From: Octopus vulgaris
Lineage: Eukaryota
Direction of reading: 5' to 3'
Assembly (NCBI GenBank): GCA_951406725.2
Contig: OX597823.1
Span: 100,006,001-100,070,000, forward strand
DNA: 64,000 bases
The position numbers and the translations under genes are program-made. The notes under the pieces were generated by a model, which ran no database searches, was not told the DNA's origin, and was given only the letters and a program-made list of their open reading frames with translations. Of this stretch, positions 41,620 to 54,471 are shown piece by piece. The number at the start of each line of letters is the position of its first letter. Position 1 is the stretch's first letter.

Positions 41620-42650
41620 GTAATTCAATTCTGCTCTTTCTAAGGGGACATCAACTTTTGACGGGTTTCATCAATGACCACTACTGTGCGTGGTGGATCC
41701 TCTCAGCCCTGCCCTCACTCATAGAGTCGGTCCCCTCTCACCAGTTATGCTGATGATACAAAAATATTAGAAGCGATCAAGGACCCTGAAGCTACATGAA
41801 AGCTACGGAAGGGTTGGAACGCAATATAAAAGTGGGCTGAGGTAAAACAATATGCAGGACCAGGACGTGTTGCAATCCCAGCAGAGTCGGTGCGTAACCT
41901 GGGAATTCACTTGAGTGGCGAAGCATCGTCCCGTATACATATTACTAAGACATCGACAATGTCCAAGACGACTGACTGGTTGAGTTCCAAGATCATTCAG
42001 AACACGAATGCGACTCCTATGGAGAAAATTTGTTCTTACATGCCTAGCTTATTGCTCCCAATTATAGCTACCTGAAAGTGCCGAATTAACGACAGAACTG
42101 GAGGCAACCCAACGCCACTATACCAAGAAGATTGCCTCAGTGCAACAGATGGACTACTGGGAGAGGCTAAAAGAGATGAGGCTCTACTCTCTGAAGAGAA
42201 GATGGGAAAGGTATGCTGTGATGTATATGTGGAAGATCCCGGAGGGTCTAGCCCCCAACGTTGGGATTGAAAGCTTTACCAATCACGGCACTGGACGCTA
42301 CTGCATAGTACCAACGATCTTGCTATCTCCGTTCAGAGCAAGAGCCCAACACTGAAACAGCTTTGAGTTCAAAGACTCGCATCTTTTCAATACATCGCTA
42401 AAAGACCTCAGAGATCTACGAGACGGAGGTGTAGAGGTGTCCAAAGAACAATTAGATTGATTTTTATCTAAGAAACCAGATGAACCGACATCACGGTAAG
42501 AGATGCAAGGAAGGGCAATTTTATCCAGTTCACTAATTCATAAGAACATTTTCTGGAGACAGAACCGGAAAGTGGGTCTTAAATAACCAAGCATTAGTGC
42601 CAATGGCGGTGCCCCAGAATGGCCACAGCCTCTGGCTGAAACTAATAATA
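41620..42650 (+). mobile_element. old decayed copy of the CR1-type LINE (3' part)
   Basis: YADDTK and YWERLKEMRLYSLKRRWERYAVMYMWKIPEGLAPN match the 13229-15340 element. The tail is GGCGGTGCCCCAGAATGGCCACAGCCTCTGGCTGAAAC. Confidence 0.85.
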
Positions 42651-42820
42651 ATCCTTTCTATAAAAGACACAAGGCCTGAAATTTTGGGGGAGGGGGCTAG
42701 TCGATTACATCGACCCTAGTGTTTCACTGGTACTTCATTTATCGACCCCGAAAGGACAAAAGGCAAAGTCGAGGTCGGCGGATTTTGAACTCAGAATGTA
42801 AATACGGACGAAATAACGAT
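42651..42820 (-). mobile_element. tRNA-derived SINE (OR-like), head truncated
   Basis: ATCGACCCCGAAAGGACAAAAGGCAAAGTCGA..TTTGAACTCAGAA matches 37811-38041. Confidence 0.8.
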
Positions 42821-43014
42821 TAATTTGACAACAAAATTTTCAAGGTGGTGCCCCAGCATGGCTGCAGTCTAATGACTGAAACACGATAAAAAATACACAC
42901 ACGCACATATATATATACATACATATACACACACACACATATATATATATACATGTGTGTGTGTGTGTATTTTATATATATATACACACACACACGAGTT
43001 AAGGAATGGAGTAG

Positions 43015-43235
43015 ATAAGATCTGGGCACGGTTCACCAAGGGTATCCATTCTCTCCGCTTTTATACGTAGTGGCCCTCGAGCCATTGCTGCGAAAGCTGA
43101 GAGGCATCCCGACGAATCCAGGAGGTGGAGGATCGGTTACAGCGTACGCGGACGACATCACTATCATCGTGACCATGATGGAGTATCTACAGAAAGTAGG
43201 TGAAATCATCAAGGTTTACGAGACTGTGGCAGGAA
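43015..43235 (+). pseudogene. L1/Tx1-type RT fragment
   Basis: VHQGYPFSPLLYVVALEPLLRKL...AYADDITI. Confidence 0.75.
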
Positions 43236-43325
43236 CCAAACAGACAGCCGACCTCTTCACAAACAATAACACAATCCAAAAACTCCAACTCACAAAATCC
43301 CAAGCGGTTCGTTGATATCAAGTTG

Positions 43326-43743
43326 GGATCTTTTCGGTTTGAACGGCAGTTTTTAACATAATTTCTAGGTAACTAAATAATTTTAAACTTCGTATACTGG
43401 TAGAATGTATTTATAAAACATCTTTTTCTCTTGGCTTTATTGAGAAAATTCTATAGTTTGTAAGATATTTGTTGTTTTTCTTCTTCAATTTCTGCAATTT
43501 CAACCAATCACTGACGTCTATTGAGGTAAAAAAAACATTCTGTGCCGTATGAATATGTCCCTCGTTTAAGAAACAAATTGGGTTTATTTACTTTTGTGAA
43601 GAAAAAATGATACCCTTCTCCCCACCCCTAACCCTAACCCTAAAACAGATTGAAATGCAATAGATCGATACTAGGGTCATAATTATGGGTGACAATTTCA
43701 TATGACACCGCTAGAAAAACTGCCGTTCAAACCGAAAAGATCC
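43326..43743. mobile_element. 418-bp MITE with an 8-bp TSD (TCAAGTTG)
   Basis: TIR GGATCTTTTCGGTTTGAACGGCAGTTTT and its reverse complement. The TSD is at 43318-43325 and 43744-43751. Confidence 0.93.
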
Positions 43744-43762
43744 TCAAGTTGTTAAAATTTTA

Positions 43763-44582
43763 GGATCTTCTCCTTTTGAACGGCACTTTGTAACATAATT
43801 TCTAAGTAACTAAAAAGTTTTAAACTTCGTATACTGGTAGAATGTGTTTATAAAACATTATTTTCTCTTGGCTTTATTGTGAAAATTCTATAGTTTGTAA
43901 GATATTTCGTCTGAAATTACTTGCATTTCGGCAATTCTAACCAATCAATTACCTCCATTGACGTAAATAACATTCTGTGCATAATGAATATGTCCCTCCT
44001 TTAAGAAACAGATTTGTGAAAAAAAAAGATACCTTTCCCCCACCCCTAATCCTAACCCTAACTCTAACCCTAAATCTAAAATAGATTGAAATGCAATAGA
44101 TCGATACTAGGGTTATAATTATGGGTGACAATTTCATACGACACCGCTACGGAAAATGGGATTTATTTCTTGCGGTGTCAAATGAAAATGTCACCCATAA
44201 TTATGGCCCTAGTATCGATCTATTGCATTTCAATCTATTTTAGATGTAGGGTTAGTGTTAGGGTTAGTTAGGGTTAGGGTTAGAGGTTGGGGAAGGGTAT
44301 CTTTTTTTCTTCATAAATGTAAATAAACCCAATCTGTTTCTTAAAGGAGAGACATATTCATTATGCACAGAATGTTATTTACGTCAATGGAGGTAATTGA
44401 TTGGTTAAAATTGCCGAAATGCAAGAAATTTTAGACGAAATATCTTACAACCTATAGAATTTTCTCAATAAAGCCAAGAGAAAATGATGTTTTATAAACA
44501 CATTCTACCAGCATACGAAGTTTAAAACTTTTTACTTACCTAGAAATTATGTTACAAAGTGCCGTTCAAAAGGAAAAGAACC
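43763..44582. mobile_element. 820-bp almost wholly palindromic fold-back MITE with an 8-bp TSD (AAATTTTA)
   Basis: Arms of about 390 bp are reverse complements. The TSD is at 43755-43762 and 44583-44590. Confidence 0.92.
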
Positions 44583-44771
44583 AAATTTTAAGAGATATGA
44601 AAGATTTGAGAATTTTTAAAAAACGAATATTTAGTCGGACCTACTCTTCATGCGGGATGGATATAATTAAAATTAAAGTTACAGGTTAACAGACATTACG
44701 ACGCTATGTATTTTAAGACGAATCCACAATATGAAGGGGGTGACTAGATTAAAATCTTAATGGCTAATTAT

Positions 44772-45100
44772 TTTGGGGGAAGAATTTAAAAGTTGAAGGA
44801 CATTTATGTTTATAGCCAATTATAACATCAGATATCTTATTAAGTAAGCTTTTTTTGTTAGCACGAGGTTTGTGGATCGCTTCCTGCGTGCATAAATTGC
44901 AATTTTTAGCGTATGTATTATATGGTGTGGTTTCCGTTATTATAAACCAATCTACACTAAATTCTTTATTGTGTATTTTAAATTTATTGATGTGGTTGAA
45001 TTTTTAGTTTCGTGGTTAGTAAATGAGTTTGTATGTGCCCTATATCTAATTTTAAAATCAGTCGTACTATCTATGTAAATCTTTTTAGGTTTCCGTCTCC
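44772..45100 (-). pseudogene. second, decayed PLE GIY-YIG endonuclease remnant (absent from the ORF track)
   Basis: Hand translation across a frameshift gives KIYIDSTTDFKIRYRAHTNSF..NSTT../..SVDWFII..PYN...NCNLCTQEAI...LLNK...KHK...FKFF, which parallels 6688-7464. Confidence 0.75.
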
Positions 45101-45299
45101 TCCCCGAGTTGTTCCTATTCTGCCCAGTATAGTTATTGTTATTATATTTGAATAAATTATAGTATCTTCTAAAATGTTGCTGGTTTCTATATTCAGGGGC
45201 GGGGGTTGTTCATGGAAGGTGTGTCGGTGTTTGAATTCGCAATATTTGGAAACCGTTTGCCTAATTTGTTTTTAAAATTTGTGTTCTTAATATAATATT

Positions 45300-45750
45300 A
45301 TTCTGAACGCCTTACTTCCCTGGGCATGGACACATTGAAACTCCGACGTCTGGCAGCTGACTTGGCAGACACCCATAAAATTATTAACCATCTTACAAAC
45401 AATAACTCTGAGCACCTTTTCAAACTCCACCCGTCTAACACCCGTGGACATATTTACAAAGTCAGAAAACAGCACAGCTCCCATGACTTTAGGAAATATT
45501 TTTTCACGCTGAGAGTTGCTGAAGCATGAAACAAACTGCCGGCATCAGTTGTTAGTTGTCGGAGCACTGCATCCTTCAAAACTTCCATGCTTCCTGAGAT
45601 TCGCCAACACTACACATGATTTTCTCCCCTCCATACACACGCAAGCATGTATCTGGCTCATACACTGTTCACTTTCCAGACATTTGTACATTACTGCAAA
45701 TACTTTATACGCACTTTCTGACAAGTTGTGGTGCACCTGAGCACTGTATT
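45300..45750 (+). mobile_element. CR1-type LINE 3' fragment (a different family)
   Basis: LKLRRLAADL..THKI....TRGHIYKV......RKYFFTLRVAEA*NKLP is typical of CR1/L2 ORF2 ends. Confidence 0.8.
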
Positions 45751-46768
45751 TCATTATTATTTATTTAATATATTTTTCTATTGAATCCAGTCTTTTAATG
45801 GGGTGTTATAAAGAAGGACAAAATCATCGAAGATCTTTTCGTTTGCGGATAAAAATTCTAATATATATAATATACATTTTATATATAGATAAATTTAAAG
45901 TAATAAGGGTGAAAAATTGAATATTAATTTCATTAATATCAATTTAAAACCAATGCTCTAGCGTATTAAAATCTGAAGATACAGAAAAATTTATATAAAT
46001 TTATATTTATATGTATGTAATATATATCCCCTTATTCAGGATAGATATTTAGAAGGTGTGATGTTTTTTTTTTGCGTGTGTGTATGAATGAATCTTCGAA
46101 CGTATAGGTATGAAGATTTATACTTTTCGAGATTTACACGTATGCATGCGTGGACGTATGTACTAGTGGAAATGTACACACACTCACACACATGTATATA
46201 TGTATATGTGTAAATATGTGTGTGTGTGTGTGTGTGTGTGTGTACCTATGTGTGTACATGTATGTATGTATGTATGTGCGTCGGCCTCCGATCAACATGT
46301 GCTTTTTTAAGCTCCTAGAAAATCGCCAAGAAATTTCTGAAAAGCTGCGAAGGCTATAATAAATAAAACTCAAAAAAGCCTTGAATGTCTTCCTGAATGA
46401 CTGAGCATTGATTTGAGGAAATTTAAAGTGAAATATATTAAACAGGAAGAATCTTTTGCGAATGTAGTAATTATAAACATTGCAAATAATGGATTTTACG
46501 AAATTTGAAAATTAACTGCGATTTTTGATCGGAACAAAGGAATAAAATAAAATAAAAAATAAAATCATTATCTGAATAACTTTTGAATGAAAACGTAACA
46601 AGACATATTTAAAGAAAAAAGAAAAACCATCTGAAATACAAAGAAGGGAAAAACAGAAAATTTATACACAGACGTATACAGCACATGGTATCACTTTAAC
46701 TTGAAAAGAAGTTCAAAGTCTTCCACTGCCTTGGAAATACCCATCTCTTTGGAAAAACTAGATAAGTA

Positions 46769-46803
<35 letters not shown>

Positions 46804-47124
46804 TCCTTAGGTATTGGAACAGTACCTTTAATGATTCTACAAAAAGAAAATAACTGTGTCTCCTTGTCGTAAATCTGTGTTACCATGTGTAGCAACCACG
46901 ATCGAAAACACGACATTCTACTTCGTAAAGATATATGTAAGTACATCCCAAATTCTAGAAAAATCATACACACAGTTTTTTCTAGAAAACCCATACACAC
47001 AGTATTATATATCAACACGCACCGCACACAAATATATACACAAAGCGAATTTAAATCATACTTTCTTCTTCACCAACCATTGTATCCTTACATCTTTTGA
47101 TTGTACATATAACTGTATTTTTTT

Positions 47125-50100
47125 GTATGGCAGGTCACTTTCGAGTGCTACTGGTAACATGTAACCCAGAACAACCTGTTGCATGGTCGGGTCGTCGGCG
47201 ACTAAACCGGTAACCCCACCAAGCTTGCTTGGTGAGGAGGGTGTTTATTGGACACCCTGCGGGATGAAAAACAAAACCCGTCAAAGGGCGGAGGAACTCT
47301 TGAGAGTCAACGGCCATCCAATAAATGCGTTTTTTTTCTTTTCTTTTCTTCTTAAGGCATCCTTCTAGGAGAAGGTAACTCAGGTAACTGGGATAACTCC
47401 GACATAAAACCTGCGGCTCAGTGGTTACCAATGATGTTGACTTGTTCTTCTTTTCGGATTATGGCTACTGTTGCTTAGTGAGTGGGATTGACTTTCCTCA
47501 CTTAAAAAAAAATCTTTTTGCACAGGTATTGCACGATAACTACATTGGATTGATTAAAGTGATTAACTAATTCATGACTGTTGATAGTGCTGTGAGTCTC
47601 AACTGAATGGCTGACTGTAGCCTTAAAAAGCAAAAATCAATGATGTACCGAAACAGTATAAAAATAAATGGCAGTAAGGAATCTGGAACCACATCGGCTG
47701 AAAGAGTCTGGCCCGGCAGGGGCTCCAGAGAATCACAATCTGAACCCGGCCGTCATCATGCTACTGTGATAGAACCAAAGAAAATAATGAATATTGGCTG
47801 TTGGAATGTAAGGACACTGCTTGACCACAAGTCCTCTGAATGTCCTGAAAGAAGGACTACGCTTGTTGCGAAGGAGCTTCAACGCTATGATCTTGACATC
47901 GTTGCTTTATCTGAGATGAGATTACCTGGAGATGATCATCTTACAAAATCTTGTGGATAAATATACATTCTTTTGGAAAGGGAGAGATGAAGAGCTTAGA
48001 GGAGAAGCTGGAGTGGCATTTGCTGTTAAGACTACTCTTGTGGACAAATTGGAAGAATTCCCAATCGGAATTAACGAGCGTCTTATGTCCATGAGAATTC
48101 CTTTGGCTAAAGGAAATTATATGACCTTGGTGAATGTGTATGCTCCAACTATGTGCTATACTGATGACGAAAAACTTTCTTTCTACCATGCTTTGAAGGG
48201 CATTATAAGAAATATCCCTCGGGCAGACAAAGTCATTGCACTGGGTGACTTTAATGCTAGAGTGGGTAGGGATTTTAACACATGGACTGTAATTGGAAAG
48301 CATGGGGTGGGGAAGTGTAATAGTAATAGCATGCTTTTGCTGCAGATGTGTGAGGAGCTGAGTCTGTGTGTTACCAATACCATGTTTCAACAAAAGAATA
48401 AGCTTAAGACTACATGGATGCACCCTGCATCTAAAGAATGGCATATTCTGGATTACATCCTAGTTAGGGTGCGTGACAGACAGGATGTGCAGTGTGTTCG
48501 TGTTCTTCGTGGAGCTGAGTGTTGGACTGACCACCGCCTAGTACGTGCAAAAGTGAAATTAGTCACAAAACATAAAATCCGAGCTGCAGGGATGACCCTG
48601 CCTAAAAGACTGAATGTTGATCGTCTTAGGTATAATAGTGTGAAGAGATCTTTACGAGAGGAAATGAATGCTGCAGATATTGGGGAGGATTGGCCGACCC
48701 TTAGAAAATCAGTTTATGATATAGGCAAAAAAGTTTTGGGATTGATACAAAGAAAGCATCAAGATTGGTTCAAAGAAAATGATGAACATATAGATGATTT
48801 ATTGGCTGATAAAAGACGTACTTGGTCACGCTATTTGTCAGCAAAGTCACAGGAAAGGGAAGTGTTGCATAGGGAACTCAAGGACGTAAAATCACGTGTG
48901 AGGCAAAAGCTCTCTCAGATGAGGGATACGTGGTGGAGTAAGAAGGCTGACGAGATACAGGCGGCATCAGATTCCAATAACACAAAGCTGTTGTATGGTC
49001 TCTTGCGAGAAGTTTATGGACCGACATCTTCCCTGATGACACCAATTCGAAGCAGGGATGGTAAAGAACTTCTTCGTGATTCACAAGGAATTCTGCAAAG
49101 GTGGCAAGAACACTTTGATGAACTTTTGAATCAGCAGTCTGTAGTTAGTGAGGATGTTCTCAATCTTATCTCTGGATTGCCTGTGAAGGCAGCACTCGCA
49201 GAACCACCAAAGTTGGAAGAAGTTGCAATGGCTGTCTCAAAGTTGAATAATGGGAAGTCTCCGGGTATGGATGGCATACATGCGGAGTTGTTACAGCATG
49301 GTGGTGAGAAAATTCTGCAGAAACTTCACTCTTTGTTTGGTAAGGTATGGACTAGGGAATCTGTACCTGAGGGCTGGAGAGATGCAGTAATGGTGGTCCT
49401 GTATAAGGGAAAGGGCAACAGGAATGATTGTGGTAATTATAGGGGAATATAATTGCTGTCTGCTGTAGGAAAGGTTTTATGCAGGATACTTCTGGATCGT
49501 CTGCTGAAATACGTTGCAGATTGTGTTCTTCCAGAAAGTCAATCTGGCTTTCATGTGGGACGTGGCACAGCTGATATGATCTTTTCAGCTAGACAGCTTC
49601 AGAAAAAGTGTGTGGAACAGGGTCTGGATTTGTATCAGGTGTTTGTCGATCTAACAAAAGCCTTTGATACCGTCAATAGAAAAGCATTGTGGAAAGTCCT
49701 CCAGAAACTTGGGTGTCCTGAAAATTTCCTTGCTTTGGTTAGGTCTTTTAATGAAGACATGAATGGTAGGGTGAATTTTAGAGGGAAGATGTCGGAGCCC
49801 ATTTCAATACAAAATGGAGTGAAACAGGGGGATATTCTAGCACCGACCCTATTTTCCATATATTTCGCGATGGTGTTCTGTATTGCATTCAGAAACTGCA
49901 GATACGGTGTTTACGTCCATTATCGAACCTCTGGCAGCATATTTAATATCAGGCGCCTTGCTGCAAAAACAAAGATATTTACCTCTGTCATAAGAGACCT
50001 TTTGTATGCTGATGATTGTGAGCTAGTAGCACACACATAGATTGATATGCAACACATTTTGAATGCATTCTCTGATGCTTGCACTGCCTTAGGATTGACA

Positions 50101-51256
50101 GTCAATCTCAAGAAAACTGTTGTCATGCATCAACCTGCCCCTGGTAAGCAGTATAGTGTACCAAATATCTATGTGTATGGTAAACGACTTGATGTAGTCG
50201 ATCAGTTTGTCTACCTGGGAAGCACTATTAATAGACATGGCAATGTGGATGATGAAGTTCCATATAGAATTAGGAAAGCAAGTGTTGCTTTCGGAAGGCT
50301 AGAAAAGTGCCTCTGGAATCGGCGAGACATATGCAGAAAGACAAAGATAAAGGTGTACAAGGCATGTGTGCTCCCTTCTCTTCTCTATGCCTGCGAGACG
50401 TGGGTCACATATCGACACTACCTTAAACATCTGGAACGTTTCCATCAGATGTGCCTCAGACGGATCTATGGCATTAAGTGGAAGGACCGCATCAGTGATC
50501 TTGAAATATTGGAAGGCTCTCGGAGTGAAAGTATAGAAGCTCTTGTGTTAAGCAAAGGCTCAGATGGAGTGGTCATCTGGTCAGAATGAAGGATTCAAGG
50601 ATGCCAAAACAACTCTTTTATGGAGAGTTAGCTAAAGGAGAACGACCTCCACATAAACCAAAAAAGTGGTATAAGGACTTGCTGAAGGCTTCCTTAAGAG
50701 ATGCTTGCATCTCTCCTGACACATGTGAAGGCATAGCTATTGATCGTAACAGGTGGAGAAGGATTGTGCATGAGGGGACAGCTACTTTTGAGAAATCTCG
50801 AGTTGCACATGAGAAAGTAAGGAGGGATGTCAGGAAGAGCATCACTGTTACACTTCCAGATGGGAAGAGTCTTCCTATGATGCTGACATGCAGTGTCTGT
50901 GCAAGACCCTGCCTCAGTAAAGCTGGACTCAAGAGTCACCTTCGTAGTCATAAAACGAGACAGATGAGTGACAACCTGGCCACTGGTGGTGGTGTAACAC
51001 ACCATACTAATCATATCTGTTGGGAACGTGGAAGAGAGTGTAATTCGGCAGGAGGACTTAAACGACATGCAAAGGTACATGAAGCCCAGTTGCAACTACA
51101 GCCGGCTATTACCAGTAAAGGTCTTAGTTGCCAATTTTGTACAAGACATTGTAGATCTTTAGCTGGGCTAAAAAGTCACATTCGATCACAGCACCAATAA
51201 AAGTTAAGCTTCGTGCAATGGCCATACTCGATAACGAGGGGGCAGCCATAATGTAA
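47125..51256 (+). mobile_element. near full-length RTE-clade LINE (5' boundary approximate)
   Basis: A GC-richer 5' UTR is followed by one long disrupted ORF and a short 3' UTR that runs into a microsatellite. Confidence 0.9.
47607..51200 (+). pseudogene. RTE ORF: APE endonuclease, RT and three C2H2 zinc fingers, with two frameshifts and two stops
   Basis: Motifs IGCWNVRTL, IVALSE, VYAPT, LGDFNARVG, LDYILV, WTDHRLV, NYRGI*LLS, FVDLTKAFDTV, GVKQGDILAPTLF and LYADD. Lesions near 47950, 49450, 50038 and 50555. Confidence 0.95.
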
Positions 51257-51900
51257 TGTGTGCGTATATATATATGTGTGTGTGCATATGTACGTATACG
51301 TATGTGCGTGCATGTGTATATACATTTACCTTTATGTATTTTTTGTACGAGTGTATGGGGGTACACATACGTGTATGGATATGGGTGTGTATATGTAGGT
51401 GTGTACACATATGTATGTGTATACATATGCATTTGTATGTATATATATATATGTATATGTATGCATATGTATGTGTATGTGTATGTATATGTGTATATAT
51501 ATATATGTATGTGTATATATATGAGTGGGTGTGCATGTATATGTATGTGGGTGTATATATGCATATATATAAGTATATACATATATATGTGTGTATGTAT
51601 ATGTGCATTTACATATATGTATATATGGTGTGTGTATACGTATGTATGTATGTATGTACATATGAGACAGATGTGTACGCAGGTGTGTGTATGCGTGAAC
51701 ATGTGTGAACATGTACAGACGCATGCATGTATGTGTGTATATATATATGTATGTATGTATGTATTGGAAGGTTTGGAGATATATATGTATTTATGTGTGT
51801 GTAGGTATGCGTGTGTGTGTGTATATGTGCGTGTATGTGTAGGTATATGTATGTGTGTGTATATGCATATATATGTATGTGTGTATATATATATATATAT

Positions 51901-52995
51901 TGTTACGGTTTGGCTAGTGCAGTATTTCTTGGTGACCCACTTTTGGGTGTGATGCCGGCACGTCTGGAAGAAAAGAGACAGCCCTTTGTTTACTGGGAGA
52001 TTAATGGGGTTTTGGAGGGACCTTTTTGGCCTTGTGCGGTCGATTAGGGGTCAGAGAGAGATGTGAGGAAGAATCTAGCAGTAGTGAGAAAAAGATAGAG
52101 TAAGGGCTGAGAGCAGATAGAGAGGATATTAGCAGTGAGAGAGGAGGACAGGCAGAGAGTATGGCAGAGCTGTCATGAGAGGGTGACAGCAGCAGGCGAT
52201 AGAGATAGGCAGTTAGGGACCAGGGCAGATAGAGAGGGTATAGGCAGTAGAGACAGATGGAGATGAGGGTAGTGGGAAGGGAGAGAGGAAGTGAGGTTTT
52301 GGGTAGTTGGTAGTCGGTCGTCAAAGAGCACAGACGGGTCTTGGAGGTCGGCATGGAGTTGGAATTTTAGGAGCAAGCGATTGGGATGCGAGAGCTTGGC
52401 GAGCTGGAGTTAGCAGTATTGAGAGAGAGATGGAGTGCAGGATGGGACACTGGCTGTTCAGTTAGGAATTAAGGTATTTGATTATGTATTGATACGTGTT
52501 ACGATGTAAAAGAAAAGAAGAGAGAAAAAGAAGGACTCTGATGTAGACGATAATGAACTTTGAATTGTAACGTGAATTGTTGTGATACGAACATTGTATA
52601 ATGTATCGAAGTGTTCTGATTGGACTGTGACGTATCGTGAACATTATTTGATCTGAACTTCTTTGTGTATGAACACTGTTATATTGTTACATGCATGTTT
52701 AAATGCTTTGATCTGTTGTATGATGTATTGATTTGTTGTTTCCCTTAAATGCGTTGATGTATCTTGATGTTGTAACAATTGATTGTCATATAAACTATTG
52801 TTAGATGTAAGGCAGTTGCCGTTTTGCCTCTTTGTCTCTCTCTCGATTGCCTCTGGACTGCTGCTGTTGTTGTTGTTGTGTATATCTCCTCTCTCTCTTC
52901 TCTCCGACGAGTTTCCGTAGCTTATTCGCTGCAGCGAACGGGCCTGTGTGAGGATTTCCGTAACAGTTCCAATCGGAGGTCCCACCCTCGTAACA
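51901..52995. mobile_element. solo LTR (1095 bp), probably Gypsy/BEL type
   Basis: Perfect terminal inverted TGTTACG...CGTAACA with ATAT on both flanks and no internal coding sequence. Confidence 0.75.
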
Positions 52996-53044
52996 ATATA
53001 TGTGTGTGTGTGTGTGTGTGTATGAGTATGTATATGTATATATA

Positions 53045-53101
<57 letters not shown>

Positions 53102-53282
53102 ATTAGGGCTTAGTAAAATAAATTACTTTGCCACATACTGAACTTAGTAGAAATAGCAGCCCAAAAAAATTTTCTTAGCATTTCTACTACTTAAAGAAAA
53201 TTTCTCTCAGATAATGTTTACTCTAGACAGCTCACGAAGGTTTGGGGGTAAATACAGAAAAATATCACAATTACATAGATCG

Positions 53283-53345
53283 TTTGAGTACGTCAACGTT
53301 TCAAGATTAGCCAAATAAAATCAGCATTTCTTTCGTCAGCTCAAA
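53283..53345 (-). ncRNA. canonical type I hammerhead ribozyme, copy 1
   Basis: Minus strand: TTTGAG-CTGACGA-AAGA(...)TCTT-GAAA-CG TTGA CG-TA-CTCAAA. Stem I is 6 bp, the core is intact and the cleavage triplet is GUA. Confidence 0.9.
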
Positions 53346-53845
53346 ATTTCTTAATTTGGATTTGGAAACACTAAAAAGAAGGAACTTTACCTATCAGCGA
53401 CTTGTCGCTTCAGATGAACCACTCCAACTAACAGTGTCAACAAATTCAAAATGCGCAGGCGTAAAATTCTGCACTCCCCATTCCACCCACGTGGTCTATC
53501 TAGCAAATATTATATTTTAACCGCGAGAACCGAGGCAGTATGACCGAGAGATATGAATTATAATATCAACAATTGAGGGTAAAATTAATTAATTAATCAA
53601 TTTCACCAAGTGTTCAGTATGTAAAAGGACCATTTAAGGCGAATTCAAAATATTACATTATATAATTAGGGCTTAGTAAAATAAATTACTTTGCCACATA
53701 CTGAACTTAGTAGAAATAGCAGCCCAAAAAAATTTTCTTAGCATTTCTACTACTTAAAGAAAATTTCTCTCAGATAATGTTTACTCTAGACAGCTCACGA
53801 AGGTTTGGGGGTAAATACAGAAAAATATCACAATTACATAGATCG

Positions 53846-53908
53846 TTTGAGTACGTCAACGTTTCAAGATTAGCCAAATAAAATCAGCATTTCTTTCGTC
53901 AGCTCAAA
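53846..53908 (-). ncRNA. canonical type I hammerhead ribozyme, copy 2
   Basis: Identical to copy 1. Confidence 0.9.
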
Positions 53909-54408
53909 ATTTCTTAATTTGGATTTGGAAACACTAAAAAGAAGGAACTTTACCTATCAGCGACTTGTCGCTTCAGATGAACCACTCCAACTAACAGTGT
54001 CAACAAATTCAAAATGCGCAGGCGTAAAATTCTGCACTCCCCATTCCACCCACGTGGTCTATCTAGCAAATATTATATTTTAACCGCGAGAACCGAGGCA
54101 GTATGACCGAGAGATATGAATTATAATATCAACAATTGAGGGTAAAATTAATTAATTAATCAATTTCACCAAGTGTTCAGTATGTAAAAGGACCATTTAA
54201 GGCGAATTCAAAATATTACATTATATAATTAGGGCTTAGTAAAATAAATTACTTTGCCACATACTGAACTTAGTAGAAATAGCAGCCAAAAAAAATTTTC
54301 TTAGCATTTCTATTACTTAAAGAAAATTTCTCTCAGATAATGTTTACTCTAGACAGCTCACGAAGGTTTGGGGGTAAATACAGAAAAATATCACAATTAC
54401 ATAGATCG

Positions 54409-54471
54409 TTTGAGTACGTCAACGTTTCAAGATTAGCCAAATAAAATCAGCATTTCTTTCGTCAGCTCAAA
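54409..54471 (-). ncRNA. canonical type I hammerhead ribozyme, copy 3
   Basis: Identical to copy 1. Confidence 0.9.

Noticed and set aside
45945-45995. CTGAAGA near a motif resembling the 563-bp unit, as another hammerhead
   Set aside because: No stem II or GAAA...UH arrangement is in register.
47125-47430. HDV-like ribozyme at the RTE 5' end
   Set aside because: Several hairpins are present, such as CACCAAGC/GCTTGGTG and AGGGTGT/ACACCCT, but I could not assemble the nested double pseudoknot by eye. It needs a descriptor search.
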